From Paraspadella gotoi (Eukaryota; Animalia; Chaetognatha), in NCBI GenBank assembly GCA_051294375.1, contig CM119265.1, positions 7,941,568-8,005,567 on the forward strand: a stretch of DNA of 64,000 bases, written 5' to 3'. The notes under the pieces were generated by a model. That model saw only the letters and a list, made by a program, of their open reading frames with translations. It did not search any database and was not told where the DNA came from. Each line of letters begins with the position of its first letter. Position 1 is the stretch's first letter. The position numbers were made by a program, and so were the translations under genes. This document shows, one piece after another, positions 46,947 through 59,597 of the stretch.

Positions 46947-49900
46947 GTTGTCCTTCTTTCCTTTCTTTCCTTTCTTATCTTTGACCTCTTTTGACATCTT
47001 TCTTCTCTTTTTTCTCTTTATTCTATTCCTTCCGTTTCTTCTGTTTCTTTTCTTTCTTTTCTTTTCCCTATTTTTTTTGTTTTTTGCTTTTTCTTCTTAA
47101 AGGGTCACTCACTCACTGGCTAAAGCTGTGATATATTTTCCCGTGGATCGGCTGTTTTTCCCTTTTTGTCAAATACAAAAAACTTTTTTAAAAAAATCCA
47201 TAGTTTATTTATTTGCATTGATTTACTGTAAAAAAAATAATATATTTTTTTATTAAATTTTTTAAAAATATTTTTATCTGTTAATTATTCATCGCTGCTC
47301 CACCTATTTCTTATACAATCCAGTGCATCCAGTCTAAAATTCCTCTCCTCCTTGGATCGCCCTTCCTCCCCTACCTCTACCCCACTATCGCCTTTCTTCC
47401 CTTCCTCCCTATATCCCTTCCTCCCCGTACCNNNNNNNNNNNNNNNNNNNNNNNNNNNNNNNNNNNNNNNNNNNNNNNNNNNNNNNNNNNNNNNNNNNNN
47501 NNNNNNNNNNNNNNNNNNNNNNNNNNNNNNNNNNNNNNNNNNNNNNNNNNNNNNNNNNNNNNNNNNNNNNNNNNNNNNNNNNNNNNNNNNNNNNNNNNNN
47601 NNNNNNNNNNNNNNNNNNNNNNNNNNCGTTCCCGTCCTCTTCTTTTCTATTCCTTTTCTTCTCTTTTTTTCTTTTTATTTTCTTCTCTGTTTAATTTTCC
47701 CCCTTTCCTTTTTTTCCCTTTCTTATTTCCTTCTTTCCTCTCTTCCTCTTTTTTCAAGGTCGTCCCTTTCTTCCTCTACGAAAAAAATAAAGATTCGATC
47801 GATGAAGAAAATCTCTCTTGCAAANNNNNNNNNNNNNNNNNNNNNNNNNNNNNNNNNNNNNNNNNNNNNNNNNNNNNNNNNNNNNNNNNTTCGTTTTTTT
47901 TATTTCATAATTCATTCCATAACAATTTGTAAGTTAAGTTAAGTTATGATAACATAACGATATTCTCAAACTCAAGTTGTTACTTTATAGAAAAAAATTG
48001 TAGACAATTTACTGACTCTTCTCGCAACGCCGCCTTTCTGTTTATCTCCGTCCTTCCTCCTGACAACTAAGTTAGGCGTCTTTTAGACAGAAGAGAGGGG
48101 AAAAAAATAACGAGAGAGAGAGAGNNNNNNNNNNNNNNNNNNNNNNNNNNNNNNNNNNNNNNNNNNNNNNNNNNNNNNNNNNNNNNNNNNNNNNNNNNNN
48201 NNNNNNNNNNNNNNNNNNNNNNNNNNNNNNNNNNNNNNNNNNNNNNNNNNNNNNNNNNNNNNNNNNNNNNNNNNNNNNNNNNNNNNNNNNNNNNNNNNNN
48301 NNNNNNGAGAGAGAGAGAGAGAGAGAGAGAGTGATCTGTTGGGACAACCTTGCTTTTGTTAAAGGGAAATCTGTCTTTTTCCAATTTCCGTTTTGTTCGT
48401 CGACCGAAGTCACTTTCTAAGCAATTGACTCGTTCGCTTGTTGGTTCGTCTTTCTTCATTTGTTTGGCCTTGTTCGTTGTTAGTTTACCTTTGTTTGTCC
48501 ATTATTTTTTTTGTCTTGTTTGTCTTTGTTTCTTTACTTGTCCTGATAGTGATTTGTCGTTGCCATATCACTGTCTTAATTAGGCGATTGGCATAATTCT
48601 TAGTTTTGACATTATTGTTGTATTTAATGCAATTTCTTTAACTTTTTCTACATTCTTTTTCGCTTTGTGTACAATACTCATCACTTTTCTTTTTTTTTTT
48701 TCTTTTTTTTTCTACTCTTCATTTCTTCTATTTTCTTTCTTCTTTCTTTCTGTCTAAATAGCTATCGCATTCTTTCATCGTTTTGTCGAGATTTTTACTC
48801 CTTACTCGTAAAACTTTTTATTTCAAAAACAGAGCAAAAAAAATATCAATTAGCGACAATTCGCTATTTTTTTTTCTCTTTTCTTTTTTTTCAATCCTTT
48901 TTCCATTTGCCTTTCACCAATATCTAATCCTGGCGCCTCCTGTTGTTTCTCTTTCGCGCCGCGTTCTGTTCTATATGGCGTCTCNNNNNNNNNNNNNNNN
49001 NNNNNNNNNACCGTGAGCGTACTTTTCTCTCTCCTCTTCGTACTTACTATCTTACTCTCTGCAATCGGCAAAAATTGTCACGTCTCTCGTCTCCTCTCGG
49101 TCGTCTCTTCGTCCTCTCTCTGCTCTCTCATCTCTGTCCGTACAATTTTTCTCTTCTCCACGTGCCAGACAACCATTTCAACCGAACCTCGGAGTGATAA
49201 TCAGCATCAATTATGGTCCAGGTTATAAAGGAACGACTTTATGGCGTCTCCTACACGGTGCTTCTCACTTGTGCACTTTGGTTCACATGTGAATGGTTCG
49301 GGAAACTTGGGCGAAATATTATGGGAAATTTACATGAGAACGAAGGAATTGACTATGGAACCGCCAGATTTCGGCGTATGCACTGCGTATCTCTCTCTCA
49401 GGAAGTCTATTGAGGCTAAGAAACATCTATCTCTGTGTTGGTGTCTACGGGCTTTTTAGAATGATCGGAGTCGCAGGAGATTAGCAATCATCTGGACAGG
49501 AAAATTAAGCAGGTGGCATCCAAAAAGAACTGGCAGATTAGAAGGGTGAACTGGTTGAATCAATGATGACAACATTTATAGGAAAATAACAATGGTTAGG
49601 CGTGATACAAACATGAACAGTCCTACAAAAGCGGCAAGTAAATCAATATTTTGCCCTAAATTATTTTTAATTTTATAGCATAAGTGGGGTCTGCTCTCGG
49701 TCGGGGCCAGCCAGTGAAAGCCTATATTTATATAAGTAGTAATTAAAGTTATCGTCGTAATATGAGTAGCTAGACGAAATTTCGCAAATGCACAATTTTA
49801 AATTTTAGGCAGGGATCGGATTTGGGATTGCCTTGCAGAAAAGTTATTAATGATCAGAAAGGAGTATCATATTCTTTATTTTAAAAATCTATTGCATTAA

Positions 49901-50408
49901 GTTAGTCAATCCCAAATGTAAATGAATACCGAATTCTATCAGAACTGTCACGCCGATGTTTGAATTCCAGCTATAAAGAATCTAGGTTTTGTGGTTTAAT
50001 TATTAGGACTTAGCTTAAGGTACGAGCATATTTTGTGAAAAGAGATTTATACTCTTCTTTTAATTAACTTTTAAGGAGGTGCAATCTGAAATCAGTTCTC
50101 AGAATTAAAAAAAGAAACTATTTTGAAATTTTGAGCATTATATAGCTGTTGTTTTATTGCGTTTACAAACAATTAGTAGAAACAATACATTCAAAAGGGC
50201 ATAACAGCATTACAAGATAAATCGCGTAAGCATTGTAGGCAGGTTTAGGCAATTCAACAAAATATAAAGTATTTATATTAACAGATACGAAAGAAACGCC
50301 GAAAGAAAATAAGGGAAGTGCTTATTACTAGCAAGAATACAGCCTGACGTGGGCTACTGATATTATAGAAAAAAGAAAATAACTACAGATTAGTCTTCTC
50401 ACGTTTCC

Positions 50409-50825
50409 TTATCTAACGGTATCGTGCATTGCATTGTCTCGATTGTCCTTGCAATCGAGAAGAGAGGAAAACTCTGGCATAGTAAATTTTTCGGGGATCT
50501 TCCGATTGTCTTGTCGCTTTAAAAAAAACTCTTCCCCTTCCTTTTTCGGCCTCGAAATGGATTCGGCTTCTTTCTTTATTTTATTCGCTCTCATCCTAGA
50601 TCCGTACTTGCTCTTGACATTTTTCTGCTCGTCCATCTCATGTTTTTGTTTCTTTCCCTTTGAGGTAACACTCTTATTTCACTTTTCACGCCTTTATTCG
50701 TCTTGAAAAAGTCAAATTCTTGTTCTTCGGGGCAGATTGGTTTTGGGCAGGATTCAGATTTAGCAAAATTTTGGGCGAGGAAAGGGAACGGCCTTTTCTT
50801 CAGTTTTCGGCGCCAAGCTACGCCC
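50409..50825 (-). pseudogene. Lys/Glu-rich coding-like segment in shifted frames (mirror copy 54788-55204 on +)
   Basis: TGCTTGTTTCAG acceptor, then overlapping readings ...AKSESCPKPICPEEQEFDFFKTNKG... and ...KHEMDEQKNVKSKYGSRMRANKIKKEAESISRPKKEGEEFF...; a frameshift is needed to join them. Confidence 0.25.
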
Positions 50826-51919
50826 TGAAACAAGCACGATTTTTGAGATTATAACATCGGATTTTTAGTGAGCAAGTTGGTGGAGCTTAGTTAAAAAAAG
50901 CACAAATTATTTTGTCCTTTTTTTTTTCTGCTGCGGGCCTTCCTGGGGCTAGGGAAATTCGAATAGGACGCTCTTTTGGAGAGAGTTGGGAGGAAATTGA
51001 GGAAGGGAGAAAGGGAAAATGAGATAGATGAGAGAGGATGGTTTTGAGATCGCACTGAGACGAATTGGTTCAAGGTTATGCTACGCCTTGTTAAACTTTT
51101 CTTCTAATTTTGATTTTATTACAGCTCCCTGCAAGCCATGAAAGCCAGTAGATCAGATTAAAAACTGGACAGTTTCTTTCATTATATTATTATTACGGCG
51201 AATGCGCATTCATAGAACGATGGACGGGAGGTTGCCACGAAGTAAACTTTGCTGTGGAGTGCGCTTCACACCCTTCTTTCTTTCGCTATTCTTCAACACG
51301 GACGTTATACTGATCAATCTTTCTCAGTTTACATTCTCTTTCCTAAATCTGAATCACTTCAATCATTTCACCGCACAGAGTTTCTTCACTAAAGAGCTTC
51401 TGCACAATTTTCACGTTATACTAGTATTCTCGCGTTGATTCTTTTCTATTTCTTTGAAGTTCACGCCTAGTTCAAAAATTTTTTGATATCGCAATCAATG
51501 TCTACTTTAGAAAGAGGAAAAGACACACACTCTGGAAATTTTAAGTAATATTGTGCCTTTAAAAGCCACGCTTTCATAGAGGGCGCGCGAAGAGACTCTC
51601 GTTATGAGGTGCTGAGGAAACAACTGGAAGAAGATGTCCATTGACTCATCAAAGGATCAAGACCACATTTTTCGGTCACTCGTTGAGAATTCAAAATAGC
51701 GCGTCTTGAGACGGGGCGGCCCGGGACGGGACGGCAACTCGATCAAGACCTCGGAGCTCACGCATGCGGCTTACGTTCATTATTCATATTTTCCAACTAA
51801 ACAGAGAGAGAGAGAGAGAGAGAGGAGGAAAGAGAAGGAGAGAGAGAGAGCAGAGAGAAGAAGAGAGGAGAGAGAGAGAGAGAAGAGAGAGAGAGAGTGT
51901 TTCAAATGTCAAAGCACGC

Positions 51920-52648
51920 TTTCGTATGCAGCTCATAGGTCGCGGAGTCTCACGGCCTGCTTGCCGCGCTTGCGACCCGGCCCACCGCACCCTTATGGCT
52001 CCGCATAATAGAAACACTGTTCCCGTGTTGATCTTTAGCCATAGCGCGCTCATTTTCCATCTTCGACTTCAACTGAAGGGTAAGTTACTAAATTAAAGTT
52101 GTAGCATGATATCAGAATTTTTCCGAGTGTGTGTATCTTGCGCATCGGACAATAAAACTTTTGATCAATATTTAATAGGCGGTTTAGAGCACGCAACAGA
52201 AATCCAAAACAAAAGGGAATAAAGCATGTTTGTTCCTTTACTATAACTTATAAAAGGATAAGGTCTCCTAGTATAGCAGATTCAACATTGCTGACTCGCT
52301 TGGCAAGCAAGAAACCATGTTGCGTGACACGGGTGGCGTGGCTTATCGTCGTCGGAGAGCCAGGAATAGGGTTTCTTTTTTTTCCTGTCGTGATGATTGC
52401 CATTGACGCAGAGTTGAAAGTGTATCGGGAGAGAGAGGAGAGAGCAGAGAGAGAGAGAGAGAGAAGGATGAGAGAGGAGAGAGAGAGAGAGGAGAGGAGA
52501 AGAGAGAGAGAGAGAGAGAGATGTGAAACAAGAGTGGGGTAAGGAGGAGACTTCCGGGGAAAATAGCCGTAATTATCCATAGGATTATATCCCCGGCAAA
52601 GACAAAAAAAGTCTTCAATCAACGTATGTAAAAAACAAAGAGCGACAG

Positions 52649-52706
<58 letters not shown>

Positions 52707-53045
52707 GAGAAGAGAGAAGAGAGAGAGAGAGAGGAGAGAAGAATAAACAAGAGGGGAAGTGAAAAAGAAAAAGACTTGAAAGGCCTAATTTTGACGACGT
52801 TCAACAAGGTAGATCCAATAAAAAAATGCTTTCCGATTTGCCGTTTCGACGGCAACGTCACGATCAAGAGGAAGACGAAATGTAGAATTATAGTCCCAAT
52901 GACGTGCGGTTCGTTCGTTGGCGGCGGCAGACCGCGGCGGACGAGATTTGAGGAGTCCACGGAAACGTCGTGACTTCGCTACGATAATTCCGGAATCGAC
53001 CAGGGCGCGACCGGAAATCCGGTCGATGCGGGAAAGAGGTTGCTG
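51920..53045 (+). repeat. Direct re-copy of ~57625-58687
   Basis: Collinear (TATGCAGCTCATAG...CTTCGACTTCAACTGAAGGG...GGAAAGAG.TTGCTGG) with indel noise. Confidence 0.88.
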
Positions 53046-53047
53046 GG

Positions 53048-53079
<32 letters not shown>

Positions 53080-53107
53080 ATTTCCGCATCGGAGAGGAAC
53101 TCGTAAT

Positions 53108-53690
53108 CCGATTTCTTTCGCTTTAACTCTCCCCTTCTTTTCGCCTCGAATGATTCGGCTTCTTTCTTTATTTATTCTCTCATCCTAGATTCTTCTTCTT
53201 ACATTTTCTCTCTCATCTCATTTTTTTTTCTTTCTTTATTCCACTCGAAAAAATCAAATTCTTCGGCCGCGCATCTTTTTTCTTCCTTACTTTTTTTCTA
53301 CCCTTTTCTCTTTTTTTTTATTCAGCTCCCTCACCTCAGTTCTTAATAGCCTTTATTATTCTCGGTTTCTTTGCTGTGAGTCCTTCACACCCTTTTGCTT
53401 TTTAACACGGAGATAGAAATCAGAATTCCTAAATCTGAAACAATAACCACAGAGATAAAGAGCTTTGCAAATTTTAGTAATAGTATCTGCGTTGATGAAG
53501 TTCACTATAAAATTTATTTGATATGAAATTTACTAAAAAAAAAAATTGGAAAAAAGAATAGGAAGCATTTCATAGACCGAACTCTCGTTATAGATCCTCT
53601 AAGATGTCATTCATAAAAATACCGTGAAAAAATCTGTGAAACGATCAACTCTCGCTTACCTTTTCTCTCGTTTTCCCAACTAAACAGAGA
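53108..53690 (+). other. Deletion-riddled compressed copy of ~50500-51810 (failed low-coverage consensus)
   Basis: Ordered fragments shared with the source (GATTCGGCTTCTTTCTTTATT, CTCATCCTAGAT, TTCCTAAATCTGAA, ACTCTCGTTA, CAACTAAACAGAGA) at about half the length. Confidence 0.8.
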
Positions 53691-56600
53691 AAAGCGTGCT
53701 TTGACATTTGAAACACTCTCTCTCTCTCTTCTCTCTCTCTCTCTCCTCTCTTCTTCTCTCTGCTCTCTCTCTCTCCTTCTCTTTCCTCCTCTCTCTCTCT
53801 CTCTCTCTCTGTTTAGTTGGAAAATATGAATAATGAACGTAAGCCGCATGCGTGAGCTCCGAGGTCTTGATCGAGTTGCCGTCCCGTCCCGGGCCGCCCC
53901 GTCTCAAGACGCGCTATTTTGAATTCTCAACGAGTGACCGAAAAATGTGGTCTTGATCCTTTGATGAGTCAATGGACATCTTCTTCCAGTTGTTTCCTCA
54001 GCACCTCATAACGAGAGTCTCTTCGCGCGCCCTCTATGAAAGCGTGGCTTTTAAAGGCACAATATTACTTAAAATTTCCAGAGTGTGTGTCTTTTCCTCT
54101 TTCTAAAGTAGACATTGATTGCGATATCAAAAAATTTTTGAACTAGGCGTGAACTTCAAAGAAATAGAAAAGAATCAACGCGAGAATACTAGTATAACGT
54201 GAAAATTGTGCAGAAGCTCTTTAGTGAAGAAACTCTGTGCGGTGAAATGATTGAAGTGATTCAGATTTAGGAAAGAGAATGTAAACTGAGAAAGATTGAT
54301 CAGTATAACGTCCGTGTTGAAGAATAGCGAAAGAAAGAAGGGTGTGAAGCGCACTCCACAGCAAAGTTTACTTCGTGGCAACCTCCCGTCCATCGTTCTA
54401 TGAATGCGCATTCGCCGTAATAATAATATAATGAAAGAAACTGTCCAGTTTTTAATCTGATCTACTGGCTTTCATGGCTTGCAGGGAGCTGTAATAAAAT
54501 CAAAATTAGAAGAAAAGTTTAACAAGGCGTAGCATAACCTTGAACCAATTCGTCTCAGTGCGATCTCAAAACCATCCTCTCTCATCTATCTCATTTTCCC
54601 TTTCTCCCTTCCTCAATTTCCTCCCAACTCTCTCCAAAAGAGCGTCCTATTCGAATTTCCCTAGCCCCAGGAAGGCCCGCAGCAGAAAAAAAAAAGGACA
54701 AAATAATTTGTGCTTTTTTTAACTAAGCTCCACCAACTTGCTCACTAAAAATCCGATGTTATAATCTCAAAAATCGTGCTTGTTTCAGGGCGTAGCTTGG
54801 CGCCGAAAACTGAAGAAAAGGCCGTTCCCTTTCCTCGCCCAAAATTTTGCTAAATCTGAATCCTGCCCAAAACCAATCTGCCCCGAAGAACAAGAATTTG
54901 ACTTTTTCAAGACGAATAAAGGCGTGAAAAGTGAAATAAGAGTGTTACCTCAAAGGGAAAGAAACAAAAACATGAGATGGACGAGCAGAAAAATGTCAAG
55001 AGCAAGTACGGATCTAGGATGAGAGCGAATAAAATAAAGAAAGAAGCCGAATCCATTTCGAGGCCGAAAAAGGAAGGGGAAGAGTTTTTTTTAAAGCGAC
55101 AAGACAATCGGAAGATCCCCGAAAAATTTACTATGCCAGAGTTTTCCTCTCTTCTCGATTGCAAGGACAATCGAGACAATGCAATGCACGATACCGTTAG
55201 ATAAGGAAACGTGAGAAGACTAATCTGTAGTTATTTTCTTTTTTCTATAATATCAGTAGCCCACGTCAGGCTGTATTCTTGCTAGTAATAAGCACTTCCC
55301 TTATTTTCTTTCGGCGTTTCTTTCGTATCTGTTAATATAAATACTTTATATTTTGTTGAATTGCCTAAACCTGCCTACAATGCTTACGCGATTTATCTTG
55401 TAATGCTGTTATGCCCTTTTGAATGTATTGTTTCTACTAATTGTTTGTAAACGCAATAAAACAACAGCTATATAATGCTCAAAATTTCAAAATAGTTTCT
55501 TTTTTTAATTCTGAGAACTGATTTCAGATTGCACCTCCTTAAAAGTTAATTAAAAGAAGAGTATAAATCTCTTTTCACAAAATATGCTCGTACCTTAAGC
55601 TAAGTCCTAATAATTAAACCACAAAACCTAGATTCTTTATAGCTGGAATTCAAACATCGGCGTGACAGTTCTGATAGAATTCGGTATTCATTTACATTTG
55701 GGATTGACTAACTTAATGCAATAGATTTTTAAAATAAAGAATATGATACTCCTTTCTGATCATTAATAACTTTTCTGCAAGGCAATCCCAAATCCGATCC
55801 CTGCCTAAAATTTAAAATTGTGCATTTGCGAAATTTCGTCTAGCTACTCATATTACGACGATAACTTTAATTACTACTTATATAAATATAGGCTTTCACT
55901 GGCTGGCCCCGACCGAGAGCAGACCCCACTTATGCTATAAAATTAAAAATAATTTAGGGCAAAATATTGATTTACTTGCCGCTTTTGTAGGACTGTTCAT
56001 GTTTGTATCACGCCTAACCATTGTTATTTTCCTATAAATGTTGTCATCATTGATTCAACCAGTTCACCCTTCTAATCTGCCAGTTCTTTTTGGATGCCAC
56101 CTGCTTAATTTTCCTGTCCAGATGATTGCTAATCTCCTGCGACTCCGATCATTCTAAAAAGCCCGTAGACACCAACACAGAGATAGATGTTTCTTAGCCT
56201 CAATAGACTTCCTGAGAGAGAGATACGCAGTGCATACGCCGAAATCTGGCGGTTCCATAGTCAATTCCTTCGTTCTCATGTAAATTTCCCATAATATTTC
56301 GCCCAAGTTTCCCGAACCATTCACATGTGAACCAAAGTGCACAAGTGAGAAGCACCGTGTAGGAGACGCCATAAAGTCGTTCCTTTATAACCTGGACCAT
56401 AATTGATGCTGATTATCACTCCGAGGTTCGGTTGAAATGGTTGTCTGGCACGTGGAGAAGAGAAAAATTGTACGGACAGAGATGAGAGAGCAGAGAGAGG
56501 ACGAAGAGACGACCGAGAGGAGACGAGAGACGTGACAATTTTTGCCGATTGCAGAGAGTAAGATAGTAAGTACGAAGAGGAGAGAGAAAAGTACGCTCAC

Positions 56601-57405
56601 GGTGCCATATAGAACAGAACGTCGGCGCCGAAAGAGAAACAACAGGAGGCGCCAGGTTATGATATTGGTGAAAGGCCAAATGGAAAAAGGCATTGAAAAA
56701 AAAAGAAAATGAGATAAAAAAAATAGCGAATATGTCGCCTAATTGATATTTTTTTAATGCTCTGTTTTTCAAATTAAAAGTTTACGAGTAAGGACGTAAA
56801 AAATTCGACAAAACCGCATGAAAAATGCGCCCCATGAGCTAATGGAACTATAAATGAAAAGATAGAAATCGAACCTAATAGTAGAAATGAAGAGTATCCG
56901 TGTAAAAAAAAAAACAAGAATTAAGAAAAAAGAAACAAGAAAAGTGATCTATAAAGAGTATTGTACACAAAGCGAAAAAGAATGTTAAAAAGAGAAGATA
57001 TAAGATTAAAATTGCCCATTAATACAACAATAATGTCAAAACTAAAACCGATCATTATGCTAATCGCTCACAATTATTGTAAACTTAGTGAAATTTATTG
57101 GCAACGAACAACCATCACTATAACAGGTTTAATCTAAGTGACAAGAAATACAAATCCACAAACAGACTAATTATAGATATATAGAATAATAGGACATTAA
57201 CTATTTAACCGTATATATACTAACAACGAACAAGGCCAAACAAAATGCAAGAAAGATCGAACCAACAACCACTGCGAACGAGCAATAATTTGCTTTAAGT
57301 TTACAAGTGACTTTCGGTCGACGCAACAAACGGAAATTTGGAAAAAGCAGATTTCCTTAACAAAAGCATGGTTGTCCTTTCAACAGTTCGATCTTCTCTC
57401 TCCTT

Positions 57406-57446
<41 letters not shown>

Positions 57447-58407
57447 CTTCTCTCTCTCTCTCTCTCTCTCTTCTCTCTTCTCTCTCTTTATTTTTTTCCC
57501 CTCTCTATCTGTGTGTCTAAAAGCTACGCCTATCATCCTCTTCTCCCTCTCCTTTTNNNNNNNNNNNNNNNNNNNNNNNNNGAGAGAGAGAGAGAGAGAG
57601 TTTTTCACTGCATAAACAGCCACCTTTCCGTATGCAGCTCATAGCGCGCCAGAGTCTCACGGCCTGCTACTTTTAGCCGCCGCTTGGCGACCCCGCCCAC
57701 CGCACCCTTTGCTCGCATAATAAAAACACTGTTCCCGTGATTGCATCCTTTACCATACGCTCATTTTCATCTTCGACTTCAACTGAAGGGAAGTTACTAA
57801 ATTAAAGTTGTAGCATGATATCAGAATTTTTCGGAATAAGTGTGTCATCTTCGACATCGAAATAAACTTTTGATCAATATTTCTACGGTTAACACGCAAC
57901 AGAATCCAAACAAAGGGATAAAGCATGTTTGTTCCTTTTACTTAACTTATAAAAGGAAAGGTCTCCTAGTATACATTACAACATTGCTGACTCGCTTGGC
58001 AAGCAGAAAACATTTCGTGCACGCAGCAGAAAAACCTGCGCGTGCATCTTCGTCGTTCGAAGCAGGAAAATCAGAGCAAAGTTCTACTTTTTTCTCTCTG
58101 TCGTGAATGATTGCCATTGACGAGATTGAAAGTGTATCGNNNNNNNNNNNNNNNNNNNNNNNNNNNNNNNNNNNNNNNNNNNNNNNNNNNNNNNNNNNNN
58201 NNNNNNNNNNNNNNNNNNNNNNNNNNNNNNNNNNNNNNNNNNNNNNNNNNNNNNNNNNNNNNNNNNNNNNNNNNNNNNNNNNNNNNNNNNNNNNNNNNNN
58301 NNNNNNNNNNNNNNNNNNNNNNNNNNNNNNNNNNNNNNNNNNNNNNNNNNNNNNNNNNNNNNNNNNNNNNNNNNNNNNNNNNNNNNNNNNNNNNNNNNNN
58401 NNNNNNN

Positions 58408-58440
<33 letters not shown>

Positions 58441-58534
58441 AAAAGAGGGAAGTGAAAAGAAAAAGACTTGAAAGGCTAATTTTGACGACGTTCAAAAGGT
58501 AGATCCAATAAAAAATCTTCCGACTTTGCCTTTC

Positions 58535-58760
58535 GACCAATCACATCCAAGGAACGAATTAGAATTATACCCAATGACGTCGGTCGTCGTTGCGGCAACC
58601 GCGCGACGAGATTTGAGAGTCACACGTCGTGACTTCGCTAATTCCGGAATCGACGGCGACCAATCCGGTTCGGGAAAGAGTTGCTGGCGACCAATCAGCG
58701 GCCCGCGATCGAGGGAGAGCGGCGCGCGAGCGCTCGTTCGACCGCGTCGCGTCGCTCTTT
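58535..58760 (+). promoter_or_regulatory. CpG-rich segment with repeated CCAAT boxes
   Basis: CCAAT at 58537, 58571, 58660 and 58691 (pairs 31-34 bp apart). The region is partly noisy and its duplicate lacks some boxes. Confidence 0.3.
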
Positions 58761-58777
58761 CTCTCTCCCTGCTTCCT

Positions 58778-58882
<105 letters not shown>

Positions 58883-59544
58883 CTCGACCGTTCCGAAGGA
58901 AAAGAGGCAGTCAGTCAGTCCACAGCTGATGAAGAGGAGGAGAGGGAGGAGGAGGAGGAGGAGGAGGAAAAGGTCTGATGGTTGTTTCCTCTTCGTTTCT
59001 TTCTCTGCGATTTCCTTGTCTCTTTTTCCAGATTAAACTCAACTCGTTTTCAACCGTTTTTTCCCCCTTTTTTTCTTTTTTTATTTTTGAATTTTTTTAC
59101 CGTTTAGCAAATTAAGTAGTTTTTTTTTTCCATTATAATATTTCTTACTTCACCCAATAATATTTTTTTACTCAAGAAAAAAAATCTCCGTTCACAAATT
59201 TAAAAAAGCAACAACAAAAATCTAAACAAAAAGAAAACCGCGAAAAAAAACTTTGTTCGTTGAGACAAAACTTCGAAACCGAAACGAAAATAAAATATTT
59301 CGTCACAAGTTTTTTTATTTAGAAAAAACTCTTCACTTTGTTATGACGAAACATTAATAATTTTTATTTATCCACAAATTTCAATTGCGGTAATATACAA
59401 GTATTGCGTAAATTCATAATAGTTTTTTAAAGATATATTTATACAAGTTGAAAAAAAGGTTTGATACCATCGAGTGGTCATTTTTGGTTCTTTTGTTTCA
59501 ATTTGAGATTTTTACGTTTTTCCCTTTAAATGTTTTGAGTTCAG

Positions 59545-59597
59545 CTAAAGCTGAGCTTGATCCAAATGCTGTACCTGATGCCCCTAATGCATTTCAG
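59545..59597 (+). CDS. Candidate micro-exon (KAELDPNAVPDAPNAFQ)
   Basis: TTCAG| and CAG|GT boundaries; codon-like periodicity distinct from the flanks; weak donor. Confidence 0.25.

Larger units (their letters stand above)
49010..56603. repeat. 2913-bp inverted repeat 49010-51922 / 53691-56603 with no net indels; noisy extension 48075-48980 / 56604-57530
   Basis: Mirror coordinates sum to 105613 at both ends and for every mirrored ORF pair; bounded by 25-N gaps at 48985-49009 and 57557-57581. Confidence 0.95.

Noticed and set aside
49200-49650. Decayed retrotransposon coding remnant
   Set aside because: Complex sequence with short ORFs, but no RT, integrase or endonuclease motif that I could recognise.
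49010-56603. Polinton/Maverick or other long-TIR element
   Set aside because: No internal genes or TSD; the spacer is made of copies of neighbouring sequence.
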